Positions 25,779 through 39,690 of a stretch of DNA of 64,000 bases are shown piece after piece (position 1 is the first letter of the stretch; each line of letters opens with the position of its first letter). The translations under genes were made by a program, and so were the position numbers. The DNA comes from Chiloscyllium plagiosum (Eukaryota). The stretch is taken from NCBI RefSeq assembly GCF_004010195.1, contig NC_057718.1, forward strand, positions 51,716,373 through 51,780,372. The letters are read 5' to 3'. The notes beneath the pieces were generated by a model. It had not been told where the DNA came from. It did not search any database and was given only the letters and a program-made list of their open reading frames with translations.

Positions 25779-27191
25779 CTAAATTAAATTATAACATTTT
25801 ATAGAATTAATAAGCCAACTAAAAACAAAATGTGGCCTCGTGGCTATGTAATACCATTCAAACTTGAAATCATGACGATAATATTAGCATATTTCTTCAG
25901 TAATCTATATCTGATCTTTTAACAAACAGACTCCTGAGCTGGACTTTTTCTATGATTGGAGGGCATATCTATAGTTGCAAAATTGGTAGTGAAAATGGAA
26001 TTGGGAAATCCAAACGTTGAAGATAGCTCACCCCTTTCTGAGGGTGATAGGGAGGTGGGGTGTAGAGAGAGTGAATAGTGGATGTAGAGAGAGGTGGATT
26101 CTAATTGCACATCCAATGGTTCATGAAGGTTAATGGCTCAGGCTAATGTGATTTTCTCCAGTGGAATGTCCAAAACACAAATTGCTCAATTTAGACCTGG
26201 TCAAACAACTTTTCAAAACAATGAACACTGGATCTAAAAGCAAAAATTTTGGATTGCAAAAGAAAAAGCTTCAGCTGCTTGACTGAAGTTCCCAGACTAT
26301 GACACTTACTGAGAGAGGTCACATGATATAGTTTCTGGGTGCAAAATATGTTCGTTTTGAAGACAGACAGTCAGAGAAAGCTTGGTAAGGAGGGTGAGCC
26401 TTTGCTCACTCTTTCGTTCTCGGAAACGCCTCTTATCAAAGTTTTTGTGGTGAAAACCCACCAGAAGACCTCACTTCTGTAAGTGGAGGGTTCTTAAAGG
26501 AAAAGTGTGAATCTCTATCATTGTCTTCAGAAAAAGTAATTTTAGCCCGGCATACCCAATCCAAGAAAGATCTCACTAAAAATAATTTTATTGCAAGTGA
26601 CTTTGGCTGCAGACCAACATTTGAACAATCGATGAATAATTCTTTATTTTAAATGAACTGTTGTTTTGGCCAAAGTTCTTCTGAAATAATAATATGAAGG
26701 GTTTGTGTGTGTGTCTGCGAATGTTTTTTGAAAAAGTCAGTTGAGTATCTTTGTGCATTTTAAATCTTAATACCTTAAGTCTATTCATATTTCTAAAATA
26801 ATCACTTGAGTTATTTTTATGCAATGCAATTGTGTTAACGTCAGGAATCTGTCCGGCTTTTTCTGATACTAAGCTGCATACACTTCAAAACATATGATTG
26901 GTACTATCATTTCCCTTTTAAATTAAATCTTTGTTGTGAACAGTAGAGGAGCGAGACAAGGAAAGAAATCGGCATACCCCTCCTAACATAGCTGAACATC
27001 GGCATCTCCAAATCATAATCTAGCTGTGACACTGTAAAGAAAGGAACATTCAATTTGCTAAGAGACAGGAAATCTTGAAATCTGTGAGGTAATAATCACT
27101 CGCAAATGAATGTGTAATCTCTAGGAAATGCAACATGTATGTTCAAGAGTTACTATGTGGAAGAATATAATTGATGCTATTATAAGGAAAA

Positions 27192-27367
27192 GGAGAAAGT
27201 GAGGACTGCACATGCTGGAGATCAAAGGTGAAAAGTGTGGCACTGAAAAAGCACAGCAGGTCAGGCAGCACCTTAGGGGATGATGAAGTGCTTATGCCTG
27301 AAATGTCAACTCTCCTGCTCCTTGGATGCTGCTGACCTGATGTGCTTTTCTTGAGTCAGACTTTTTG
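27192..27367. mobile_element. Older fold-back copy of the same Penelope-derived element
   Basis: TSD gctattataaggaaaa / gctattataatgaata (14/16; 27176-27191, 27368-27383); degenerate tgatgaagtgcttatgcctgaaatgtc. Confidence 0.75.
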
Positions 27368-29999
27368 GCTATTATAATGAATACTGTCAATTGTTACATT
27401 TAAGTCTGAGATTGAGATCTGAGTTGTAGTTGAAAAGGTCATACATAACTGCATGAGTAAAATCTTGCATATTTCTCCAATATACAATGGAAACATCTGA
27501 ACTGTGACACACTCGTCTGTTTAAGATGTGGTTAGGATGATTTTGTTGGATATTTTGAAAGTAGTTTGCTGCTAATTTATACCTGTTTTTTTTTGGCAAT
27601 CTGAATGTCATGGTGTATAAGAAATTAATGCTTTCCTTGTGTGTTATTGTGACTTTAGGTTTACTGGTAGATTGATAATTCATGAGTGCATTGGCAAATT
27701 ATTCTAATTCTCCTTCTGTGTGAGTTCAAATGTCACATAAGATAACACAAATGTACAATCTATTTTTACGAGATGACTGCATCACCTAATAATTGAGTGA
27801 ATTAGAATGAAAATTGAGTCCCTGAAAACCAAGAAATAAAAAATCAAATATATAGCCCTCAAGAAAACTTCAAAAAAGGTCAAAAAATATAAGTGATCCA
27901 GTTTATTAAGTTATTGTGTATTACAAATGCTTTCTCACCATATTGAATTAACATAATAAATCAATATATTATACTGCAAACAAATAAAAAAAGTGGCATC
28001 TGTGTTCTGAAAATCAATATGGATACAAAACGGGTATCATATTTATTTTTTTGCAGCAAGTATTTGATCATGTTGGCTTTATTTTAACAGCCAGAAAGAA
28101 AAATGCAAAATAAGTTTCATTAATATTCAAGATTTTAACTTGCTTTGCAAAAAAAAAACTGTTCGAATTAGAAGTATGCATAAATGGAACTGTTTAATAC
28201 ATGATGGTGTGCTACTTTGGGGATAATAAATGTTCATTAATGTTTTACATCTGCTGCCCTTGCAGATCCACATATGTTTTTCTTTTTAAATCAGAATTTC
28301 TTCATAGAATCATTAAAATCCCTGCTGTGTGGATGCAGGTAATTCAGCCTGTCTAGTTCACACTGCTCCTCTGAAGAATATTCCACTCAGATCCTTTCTA
28401 TCCCTGTAACTCTGCATTTCCCATGACTAACCTACCGAGCCTGCACATCCTTGAACACGATGCCCAATTTAAAATGGCCAATCGTCCTAACCTGCAGATA
28501 TTTGGACGTCTTAATTGCAGCTGTTATATTGCCCCGAAATCAACTTGCCAAGTTGTCATACTTAAGTTTCAAAAATCATGGCCAGGGTACAAATATCTTG
28601 TTTGTTTTGAGTTGATTTGTTTCATTCTTTGATGCTATCGCAACTGGAAGTTGTATCTCAACACAACTTTTTTGTCAGTGTGACATCATGTTTCGTGTAG
28701 CAATCACCCTCCCTATGAACATGTCCATACAGCACCATTCAGTTCTGCTGTTCACTACGAGCTGAGTTCATATTGTCTGAATGTATTTCAATCAGAACTG
28801 CACAGTACAGACTGAAAGAATCTTTAAACCATCATCAATCCAACAGTTCACCAATCAAAATCTTGACCTCTTCATGACTAGAACTTTTGAGGTTAGATAG
28901 CAGCTATCGATTCTTTTCCCCCAGTAACAGCAAATGAAAGAAGCCTCATTTTTCCGACTTGAAGACCCAAATCAAAATAAAGGGCCAAATCCTACCCAAC
29001 TTTTCAGCCTGGGGAAGTGGAGATGGGATCAAAGTGGATCTGCTGACCCCAGAACAGAATGATCAGAGTGGGGTGAGAGTGCTGAGAAGAGTGTGCTAGC
29101 AAGTTCAGCTTGGGGTTACCTGGCTTTTTTGGTTTTCCCAGATGTTTTAAAATATGTAAGTGCTCAGCCCTCACTATTTAGTTGCCTATGACAACCTCAT
29201 ATCCCTCATACCCTCAGTCTGCCCAATAACTACTCACCCAATCCATTGCAAGTATGTTTTCAGGAGCCATGTTCGGAATACATAAACTTTTCTGACTCAC
29301 ACGCGTTTGAAATAAGAAAAAAACTTTCACTCTTGAAGTCTGTGCAAAGATTTGTTATTCCCTCAAGTGGCTAGATTGTTGAAAATCCAAACAAATTTTT
29401 TTCAATAATCACCTCAATGACATCTAATCCTTCAACAACTCTTAAAATGATCAATCAAAACTGGAACTCAGATCCATTGCTGAAGTATTTTCTTCTAGAC
29501 CGTTAAAACTCAGCCAAATATCCATAATAAGCTTAGCCATAACAAATGCCCTTGGGAAATGTCAATAATAATTTCTATTAAAACTTTAAACACTGATAAT
29601 AATGTTTTTGTGAGATAACCCAGATAATTCTCAAGCAAAGCAGTTTAGCAGCATGTATGTTTTTGTTTATATTCTAGCTTCCAGCTCAGATTAAGTTTTT
29701 GGCTTTTAAACGCAGTAAGTTTAGAGCATGATACTTAAACAGATCTGATGCGTCCTTCAAGAGTATTCACATCTCTGTAAAATTGTAACTCTCACACTAT
29801 GAGTAAAGACCATTGGAACAGCAAAAGGGAATCTGTTTAAACTTAGTACTAGTTTCCAGTTACCCTGCTAAGCTTGGGTTTCCTGCCTGTGTGATTCATG
29901 CTTGCTGCCTTTCCACTACGAATGTAAATGATAGAAATAAGCTAGAAATGGGGCTGAATATCTGCATCTGCCCAATTGTTTTAAAGACTTAAAGATCAA

Positions 30000-30625
30000 G
30001 ACAGGGTGGTTAAAAGATGTTTCACATGCTTGCTTCCATTGCTCAGTCCTTTTGAATATAGGAGTTTGGAAGTCATGTTAAGGTTGTAGAGAACATTGGT
30101 GAAGCCTCTTTTTGAGTTCTGTGTCCAGTTCTGGTCAACTAGTTATAGAAAGGATATTATTAAGCTGGAGAGGGTTCAGAAGATATGCAGCAGGATGTGG
30201 CTGGGTATTGAGTTAGAAAGAAAGGCTTGAACGTTTTTCAGTGGAGTGTATGAGGTTGAGAGGTAACCTTATAGAAGTTTATAAAATCATGAGAGGCATA
30301 GATAAGGTGGACGGCAAGGGTCTTTTCCCGAGCGTGGGGGAATTCAAAGCTAGATGTCATATTTTTAAGGTGAGAGGAGAAAGTTTTAAAAAAGGCATGA
30401 GGGACAACATTTTTACACAGAGTAGTTCGTGCGTGGAATGAAATTCCTGAGGAAGTGCTGGATGTGGGCACAATTACGTTTAAAAAACATCTGGATAAAG
30501 ACATGAATAGGAAAGCTTTGGAGGGATATGGGCTAGGAGCAGGAAGGTGAGGCTAATTTAGTTTGGGGGCATGAACTGGCTGGACTGAAGGGTCTGTTTC
30601 CATGCTGTATGACTTTATGACTCTA
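30000..30625 (+). mobile_element. CR1 LINE 3' end
   Basis: RLRGNLIEVYKIMRGIDKV; tatgactttatgactctat tail. Confidence 0.9.
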
Positions 30626-33600
30626 TTTATGGAGTCATCTTGACTCCACAAAAATCCAGCCTTTCATTTTTTAGTGAAGAATGGAACATAGCTGACAACA
30701 TTGCAGCCTCTTACACAATTTTCAACCAAAGGACAGACATGAAATTTTGCAATTATTCTAACAACTGTTTTTGTACTGTTTAACTAAAGCCATAAAGGCC
30801 CTTAAAGAAACATTGAAACTACATCCCATTATGATTCAACACTGTAAGTTAAGTACAGCATTGCAATTGATGAGAACAACAGCAATCATAATAGCAGGAT
30901 CCAATTGCACTGTCAGTCTCCATTTTGCATTCCATATACTTTTCCTGACGTGTTCAATACTGTTAATGACAATCTTCATCAGACTAATTATATGAATCTG
31001 ATCTCTGGGTTATGCTATTTTTGACTTTTCAAATTAAATAACAATGGGATATCTGTGAGACACTTCGTTACTCAAGATTGTTTTGACTGCATTTTTGCTG
31101 GGCTAGGCTATCTGCAATACCTAAACTTTACCACACGGTGGTACAGCGTGCACGTTCAACCAAAAGATTTTATAATGCTTTCGACAGCTTCCTTTTGATG
31201 AGCGGCAGATTTGCTCTCTCCTTAATAGAACAATTGAGATGCAAAAAATAACTGGCAAAATATAAGTATGTATGTGGCATTTTCTTAACAGTGTCACCAT
31301 TTATTATGTCTCCAAATAAATGTAAAAAAAAGCCCCAAACATTCATTCTTTGGAAATGGGAAACAGAAAATGGGACAGATGGACATAAACACAGTATTTG
31401 TCTTGTGACAGAATTGTAGACATCTAGAGCCGATTTAAAACAACAATCCAATCATGGAAGTTTAATTGGGAATGGGAATAAATGAGAGTTGAGAAGCTAG
31501 AATACAGTGCAAATCACATCTGAACCCAAAAACTACAGCACAAGATTGTAATTATTTTTAAATTCAGCCTGTTTCAGCATTATCAGAGACAATTAGTGTT
31601 GAGACCAACTGTGCAAGGTCTCTGAACCCTTGATCTTGCAAAAGAATTAATGGTTGTAAAATCATTACCAATGGTTAAATGATCTGTAGTTGACTGGATG
31701 GAATTTATCTGCCCATTGTACTTTGTGCATAAGTAACAAAATGACAAAAATTGCATGTACGATGGGGTATTCTTAAAACCTATAATTCTGATATATTGCT
31801 ACAAAGATCAATAATTAATGATCTAAAAAATAAGTGCTTAGGGTTTATAAATCAATGGAAAGACAAGCACCAATTATCATACTGCAAGAACGCATTTCTG
31901 TCCAGGAAATTAGTCTGGAAAATACATTGCTTCACATTGCAAAAAAACCTGCACTTATCCTGTACTTCTGGAAGCAGATTTAAACAGGTTGGTAATTTTC
32001 TCTTCAGGAGTTGCAATTAGCTCGAAAGAAGATCCAGTCAAACAGACAACTATTCTGTGGCTCACTGCTTTGTTCATAGTGTTACAGTAATATTATATGA
32101 CCAGAATCTTATAGGAACAGAGGGAGGTTTAGACACGTTAGCATCCATTCTGTGTTCATTATATCTATTATAGCATGGTGTAATATAACACGATTTGGAG
32201 GCCCTGGTGTTGGACTGAGGTGGACTAGGAAAAGTTGGATAGGTCAACCAAATGATACCCAAAACTCAGATATGAGATAGGCTTGGGTTGACATTAGACA
32301 AAGATGTCTAGATTGAATCAGATTCCAACCTTGTGCAACTTCCCCACTTTCGGTTTTAATGGAGAGATGACGTAGAGTCTGGGATGGGTCATTCAGCCTA
32401 CTCTTACAAGCAGGTTGCCACTTAACCTTTATAATGAATAACATCTCACATTTCTGTAAAACATTTGAAAAATGCACGTAAACTGAAGCAAGGACTGTTT
32501 CAGCAATTGACAGTATCCATCCCAATTTGAAACTATATCATCATTCCTTCATTGGAACTGGGTCAAAAACCTGGAAATTACAGAGTTTGTCCCTGATGAT
32601 TTCTTAGTTCTATAGCCCTGTGACCAAATGGATATCAAATAAAAATTAAACGTCCCTCTTTATTTTACTTTGAGCCCAGTTTGAAGTTTATCTTCTGGAA
32701 ACAATTGCATTATGTGGAATTGCATGGAAGGCACAGCACAGATGCAGGTTGTTCAGCCCAACCAGTCTGTAACAGGGTTCATGCTCGCATTGTGGCCCTC
32801 CTTCCATTTTTCACCTCCAGTGCTCCCAGCATAACCCTCTGCTCTATAACAAGAATGCTTTAATGTGAAAAATATCCCAAGGTCCTTTACAGAAATGTAC
32901 TCCGACATAAATTGGTACTGTCAAAGATAAAGACAGCTTACCAAATGTTTGTAACAACCCCAAGTTTTAAAGCACAGTGAGAAGTGAAGGGAAAAAGGTG
33001 GAGGGAGACAATTTTGTGACAAAGGTGGCTTATATCATTATAGTCAATTGTGAAGTGGAGGAGAGGATGCACAAAAGATTAGAGCTGAAGGAGCTTAAGG
33101 TTGTGTGAATGTTGAAAGACTTGAAAACATTACAGCATGAGGGAATGGTGGGGCTATCTCATGATGTGAACATTATGATGATAATTTCAAAATGGAGGCA
33201 TTAGTGGAGCAGAGATCAAAGCAGATGTACGACAGATGGGTCACAGGAGATCAGAATTTAATTTTGTATTACGATATGGGTAGCATATATTTGGATCACC
33301 TCTGGTTTATGTTGGGTGGAAAGATCAGAGGCTCACAAGAAGAGCACTGGAATCATAACCCCGGAGGCAAAACCTGTTACTTGCAACTGAATATACCTGT
33401 ATGTGTCATATAGATGGTTTTCCAGTCTTTTCTTCAAGGAGTGTCATGGGCCAGGAGCAGGCAAGTGGGACTAGTTCAGTTTGGGATTATATTCGCATAG
33501 ACTGGTTGGAGCAATGGGTCTGTTTCTATGCTGTATGACGCTATGACTGTATAGGATGCAAAGTTTAAAACTGTCAGTTCCAGCCAAATACAATAATGGC

Positions 33601-34654
33601 TAGGAAGCTAAGGAATGGAGTTTATGACAGGCGTCAAAAAACAATTGGTCAGATTTTTATTCCTCCTTCTGTGTCAAATTAGAGGCAGGATGACCAAACT
33701 AATGGCTATTATGTAGTCCTCTATATCTCATGGTAATTATTTTGCAGGATTCAGGAAAGGGTGAGGCAGGGACATCATCTACCCCTATATAAATTCCCCC
33801 TTTCTAGTTTTTCAGGTTTTTTATTGGGATGAAAGGGCTTTCCACCATCCCAAAGAATGGGAAAGGGTCGAAAGGCCAGAGAGGTGAGTCAGAAGGCTAG
33901 ACACTTCAAAAGCACGTTCAAGCCTTCAGGCTGGTTACAAGTTAATATGGAGGGAGGTCCAGATATCAGACAATAGAGGAAGGGGCAATTCCATGCAACA
34001 ACCAAACTTTGGAGCTGACATCCATTTTGATGAGGTCTGTCTCAGACAGTTGTGGAGACCCTGCCTTTTTAAGTCTCAGGAAATGAATCTTAAGCCTATT
34101 GCTGCTAGTTAAAGGAATCATTATAACTCTTGAATAAGATGACAGCCAAGACAACCCCTTCAGTGAACTGTTCAAAGACCGTTCCAACTTGATGCCTGCC
34201 TCAGGTCTGTTGAATGACATGGAAGGCCAAACACAAATTGGAACTTCCTACAAGGACAACTGCTTTTGCTGACAGCATGGCATCCTCACCTCTGATGTGA
34301 AAACAAGGCCAATAATTCTGGTCTTTTAAATGTTTAATTGGAGGAAGTTTAATCTCATCCATATATGGATATAATATAAACAGGCTAACAATGCAGGCAG
34401 AAGGTGGTGTGAGCAAGGCAGTGGTGAAATAGAGCTCATTTATACAAATGGAACTTGACTTTGTGTCTTTGGATAGGGTTGTCAGGGGAATGAATGGCAG
34501 TAAAGGATAGGGCAGTGCCAAGATTTGTTCCTTGCAAACCTCCAAATGTAACAGTGTAGGGCAGTGAGAGATGACATTCAAAGGCATTCCATGGCTAAAA
34601 CTGAGCAAGATGAGGTGAGTTCCACTCAGTAAACCATTAGATTTTTAATGAATA

Positions 34655-34870
34655 CTAAGAACTGCAGTTGCTGGAAGTCTAAGACATAAACAGAGAGTGC
34701 TACGGTAACACAACAGTTCTGGAAGCATTTATACAGAGAAACCAGAGTTAACATTTCAGGTCCAGAGACAAAGTTCAGTGGGTTCTGATGAAGGGTCACT
34801 GGAATCGGGATGCTAATTCTCACAGATGCTGCCAGACTTCCTTTGTTTCTCTAGCATTCTCTGTTATTGT
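34655..34870. mobile_element. Third fold-back short-element family with a degenerate hammerhead; related fragments near 8920-9000, 46360-46475 and 49230-49345
   Basis: ttctgatgaagggtcactgga at about 34783; inverted arms; aagaactgcagttgctggaa is matched in reverse at about 49330. Confidence 0.6.
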
Positions 34871-36387
34871 ATTAGAATTTTTAGTCTACTAAAGAACTGA
34901 TTTCCAATTTACTTTGAAGAAAGCAAACTCAAGAACTCTCCAATTAACTGTTCCTGGACAACATTTTGTCAGTGTGAACCATTCTCTGTATACTTGTTTT
35001 TTCAAATAATTAAAAATATAATTAAGCCTTTTATGTACTCTTGTTTGTAATCTGATCTCTTATACTTCTAAAAATCCTGACAGATTGTTAAAATTCTTAA
35101 TATGCCAAGATGCCTTACTGTGAAAGGACAGTTTTATTATCAACATAGTGAATTAGCATAAGTGCTAACACACATTTCATACGCTGTTTAGAACTACAAG
35201 CAGCTGTAATATTTAAGGTTCATAACTTATTTTATAGATTATTCTAGAAGAGATTCATTTATCATACTTGACCTTCTTTATAATTCATGTTAAAACATCA
35301 GGTGATGGATTGTGTTATATCAGAGTCCCTATTATGAAGTCTTATGGGGATATTAGACTTTTAGCTAAGTGTGAGTTTTTGGTGGGATTCTTGCTGTGAG
35401 GTCCAGTGAGATTTCTTGCTGCATTTTACCAATAGCACCTCATTAACTACCTATTCCACTCCTGTGATGTCCCTTAGGTCTGATTCCAGCCCCATCTTAG
35501 TATGCACTGCTCCCAAAACAACTCGCAACTCAGCAGGTATCCAAAACAGTATCCCTTGCACCTGTGTCATCTTTAAGATGCTGTCATGTACCTGAACAAG
35601 TGTTGGCAATCTGGCATCAACCCTCACTGGCAGCATATTGGCACAGCAACCACAAAGCCACACTGCTTACAGTTCACAGCCAGTATGGCTGATATTCCCT
35701 TACACATACAACCCTGTTCTCTTACCCTAGTGTCTGTTTCACTACCAGACCATACAGTTTACCAGTCCTTAGCTACATTCCATCTACACACCCTCTCTAG
35801 CTGCATCCTGTCTACCCTCTCGAAGTCATCACTACACTGTCCCCTATGCCCACTGGACACCTGCATCTTGTCATTGCCAAGTAGGAGATTACCACATTCA
35901 GGAAACATTCAGACAGATAAGTCCAAAAAACAGGTTTTTTTCTCATAGTCAGTGAAAGGGAACACAAGGAAACTAGTCCACACCCACAATGCAAACTGAA
36001 TATTGGCACATGATCTTGATGCATACGCACCTTCCCCTTATATACACAGTCTACCTGCAAAGAAATACTTTCAAATGAACTGTACCTGGAATTTGCAAAC
36101 ACTTGTTTCAAGTATTTGTCCCTTCCATGTCCTAACGCCCAACAGATCTGTTCATCAAAGCAATACCAACTCTACTCACTCTGGTCACTGTCTCAGCCAT
36201 TTTGCAGTTACATTTCACATCTAGGGAATGACAAGTGATGCCAGAGAATACAGCTCATTGTTGGAACTGTCAGCACTAACTCCCTCCCTAGCTGCCATAA
36301 CCCTCTTTCCATGTAACCTTTTCCTTTGCATTATCCTGATCATCCCATTTCTGTCTATGGCCCCATTTGGAGTCCCACCACATTAAA

Positions 36388-36562
36388 CTCAGAGTGAATG
36401 GAGGATATGCTGAATTGTACCATGGTAGGCTGTGGGAATGGGAAGTTACTGCTACTCTTATATGCTTCCCTAGTGGAAGCCACAGTGATAATCACTGACA
36501 GTAACTCCCCATTCCCACAGCCTACCATGGTACAATTCAGTATATCCTACATTCACCCTGAG
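36388..36562. repeat. 64-bp-arm inverted repeat (60/64) with a 47-nt loop containing two small hairpins
   Basis: Arms 36388-36451 and 36499-36562; loop hairpins gcttcc/ggaagc and cagtgat/atcactg. Confidence 0.95.
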
Positions 36563-36654
36563 GTTCCCTCTTCACCATACTTTGCTCCCCCACCCCTGCC
36601 CGCTATCATCCTTGACTTCCCCAACTTTCTTGACAGTCATACGCCTACAGGAAG

Positions 36655-36712
36655 CCCCCCCACCCCACCCCCCCCTCCCCCCCCCCCACACACACACACA
36701 CACATACACACA
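36655..36712. repeat. Poly-C tract followed by a (CA)n microsatellite
   Basis: Read directly from the sequence. Confidence 0.9.
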
Positions 36713-37496
36713 TATTCAGCAATCAATGAATGGATCCTCAGGGCTGCATTTGCCTGAGATCTTTAACTAACTTTGATGACCAGCCGTAGACATGACTGAC
36801 CAGACCAAACCACTGTTTTTGCAGCTCCATAACTGACAGGAAGTGATTTCTCTGAACGTTAGTGTTGGCTGCACAGGATAGTCATTGCTCACTCTTAGAC
36901 TGCAGTTGGCTAGACCAAGGCAATGTTTCAAGCTGATGACTGACTGTGGCCATGTTCCTGGGCAGTATCAAGACTGTGCTACTGACTGATGATCTTTAGA
37001 CACCCTGACTGACTGTGGACCCCATGTGAGTGCACTGAGGACTATCCCCCACCCAGTTAAATGCTGGAATTCCCTCCCTAAGAGTCTACCTCCAGCACAT
37101 GGACTGCAGTGGTTCAAGAAAACAGCTCACCATCACTTCCTCAAGGGCAACTAGGGATAGGCATTGAAAATGCTGGGCAGCCAGTAACACCTAAATCCCA
37201 TGAGTTTTGTCAAAAAGTTTCCAACAGAGCCATTTAGTAAAATACACATGCAGCATGTTTGCTACTCAGGCAGCTGGCACATGCTGGAGATGTTAGATAG
37301 TCTTTATGTGCCCTATATTGGGGTGTCATCCATATCCGCTCTTTGTTAGACAGATCCCTACTGACCAGTAGCTTGGCTGTGTGTCTGAGCATGTCGATAC
37401 AACATTCCTGATAGCCCTTGGTTCTGGCTGAGGTGTCAATGCACTAACAGGCACGGCAAGCCAAGATATGGGTGCTGCGAGTATTCAGGTAGATGG

Positions 37497-37760
37497 AATC
37501 ATAGAATCCCTACAGTGTGGATTCAGTCCACATTGACCATCACCCACCCAGACCCACCTGTCTCCCCCATCGTTGTAACCCTACATTTCCCACAACTAAT
37601 CCACTGAGTCTGCACATCTTTGGGCTGTGGGATGAAACTAGAGCACCCAGCTGAAACCGATGCAGACATGGGGAGAATGTGAAACTCCACACAGTCAACT
37701 GAGGAATCAAACCCATTTCCCTGGTGCTGTGAGGCAGCAGTACTAACCAATAAGCCACTG
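37497..37760 (-). mobile_element. HE1/V-SINE-type element; a partial copy also lies at about 28305-28510 (-)
   Basis: Reverse complement of the 45074 element (gaatcatagaatccctacagtgtgg...aaactccacacagtca...gtgctgtgaggcagcagt). Confidence 0.8.
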
Positions 37761-38834
37761 TGGTTTTAAGTGAATGTGCGTTATAAGAGGGAATGAGATG
37801 CACTCTAGTCCAATCCATTAGCATGGTTTCTGTTCCTGCATGCCATGTTAGCTGCTGATGCACCCTGCAATGCAAGTCAGTGCTACCTAAGTACATATGC
37901 ACCCATGCACTTTGTATGGGTTGGCAAATTTTGGATGTCAATGACTGGACGAAGGACATGTGCAGCCAGTGCATGTCTGACTGTGAGCTGAGATGCTGTT
38001 TGATGCTGGATGCTGGTCACAGGCAGTGGCAAGCTGAAGTCACCAGGTACCCGCTTTCTGATCACTGACATGATATGGATTATTCATAAGGCATTTAACA
38101 AGTAATAGGTCCCCTTAACTGGCAACCTGCCACTGCCCAATGAGGAATACCCGTCATTGCTTGCTAAAAGCATTAAAAATGCTCCCAACGTTGAGATGGC
38201 TTTGGCGGACTTCTTGTCCAATTCCACCACAAATCTCACCATAGCCCAATTCACTCAGACCCCCATAGGATTCTGCCCATGATTTGTAAAGACTGATATA
38301 CTCTATCCAGGCAGTGACAAAGATACTTCATCTAATTTTATCAGAGTGACAACTATCAGCTGGTATCAAAGAAAATGTTGGAAATATTGGGATTTGGTTG
38401 AAATAGGAGTTTGGCTCAAACAAATAGATCAGTAGATTAACTGATCTTCAGCAGTAACAAGACTAGTCAGGGGTTGCCTCAGTAAGAATTATTATTTTGT
38501 ATTTGCAATAAACTTGCTTAGAATCATAGAGTCATAAAGGTTTACAGCAGGGAAACAGGCCCTTTGGCCCGACATGTCCATGCCGCTCAGTTTTCACAAT
38601 TAAACCAGTCCCATTTGCCTGTGTTTGGTCCATATCCCTCTATATCTATACCATCCACCTGTCCAAATGTTTCTGAAATGACAAAATTATACACAGCTCC
38701 ACCACTACCACTAGGCAGCCTGGTCCAGATGAATAAATTGATCCCCAGACTCTTTCGTATCTCCACTCGCTCACTTTTAAAAGGGTGATTCTTTAGAGAT
38801 CCCTGATTCCAGCCATTTATCTTTACAGATGTTT

Positions 38835-39690
38835 TATTCATTCATGTGATATATGCATCGCTGTTTAGGTTAACATTTACTGCCCATCCCAAATTGTTCT
38901 TGAGTAGGTAATGGTGAGCCTCTGTAGTCCATGGGGTTTTGGAACACCTATAGCATTGTTAGGGAGGGAGTTCTGGGATTTTGACACTGGTATAGTTAAG
39001 AAATGTCAGTTTGCTTCCAAGTGAGTATAGTGCACAGCTTGGAGAGAAACACCCTAATGTTGTCTTCATGCACCTGCTGCACTTACACTTTTCAGTGGGA
39101 GAGGTTGTGAGTTTGAAAGATGCCGATGAAGCAGCCTGGCTGAGTTGCTGCAGTGTATCTTGTAGGTAGTATTCACTGCTGCCATTTTGCATCAGTGGTG
39201 GAGGGAGTAAAAGCTGAAGGCAGTGAATGGAATATCTATCAAGTTGGTTGCTTTGACTTATCTAATATCAAGCTTCTTTTAAGTTGTTAGAGCTCACTCA
39301 AGAGGAGAATATCAGATCACACTTCCAGTGGATGATACATACTTTGAAAACTCAGGAGATGAGTTATCACTCCAGAATTCCCAGACTCTGGTCTATTCTT
39401 GAGCAACAGTATTTATATGGCTGACCCTGTTCAGTTTCTGGTCAATGATAACCTCAGGATATTGATAGCTGGGTATCCATAATAGTAATATCATTGAATG
39501 TCAAAGGCTAGATTCTGATTGTCTGGCACTTGTGTGGTGTGAATGTCATGTGTCACTTTTCAGTTCAGGCCTGGATGTTGTCCAGGCCTTGCTGCATCTG
39601 GACATAGAGTACTTTAATATCTGAAGAGCCAAGAATGCACAATGTTCCACACCAATCATTAATGAACAACCCCATTTCTCACTTTATGAT
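38835..39690 (-). mobile_element. L2-like LINE 3' fragment
   Basis: Same 3' tail as 1265-1620, extending into decayed coding sequence. A plus-strand tail copy lies at about 37065-37200. Confidence 0.65.

Noticed and set aside
3445..27383. Recurrent short repeats with spacers as a possible CRISPR-like array
   Set aside because: The context is a eukaryotic intron; the copies are dispersed kilobases apart, each with its own TSD, and there are no cas genes.
36398..36757. 119-aa proline-rich ORF
   Set aside because: Artefact of the palindrome, poly-C tract and CA microsatellite.
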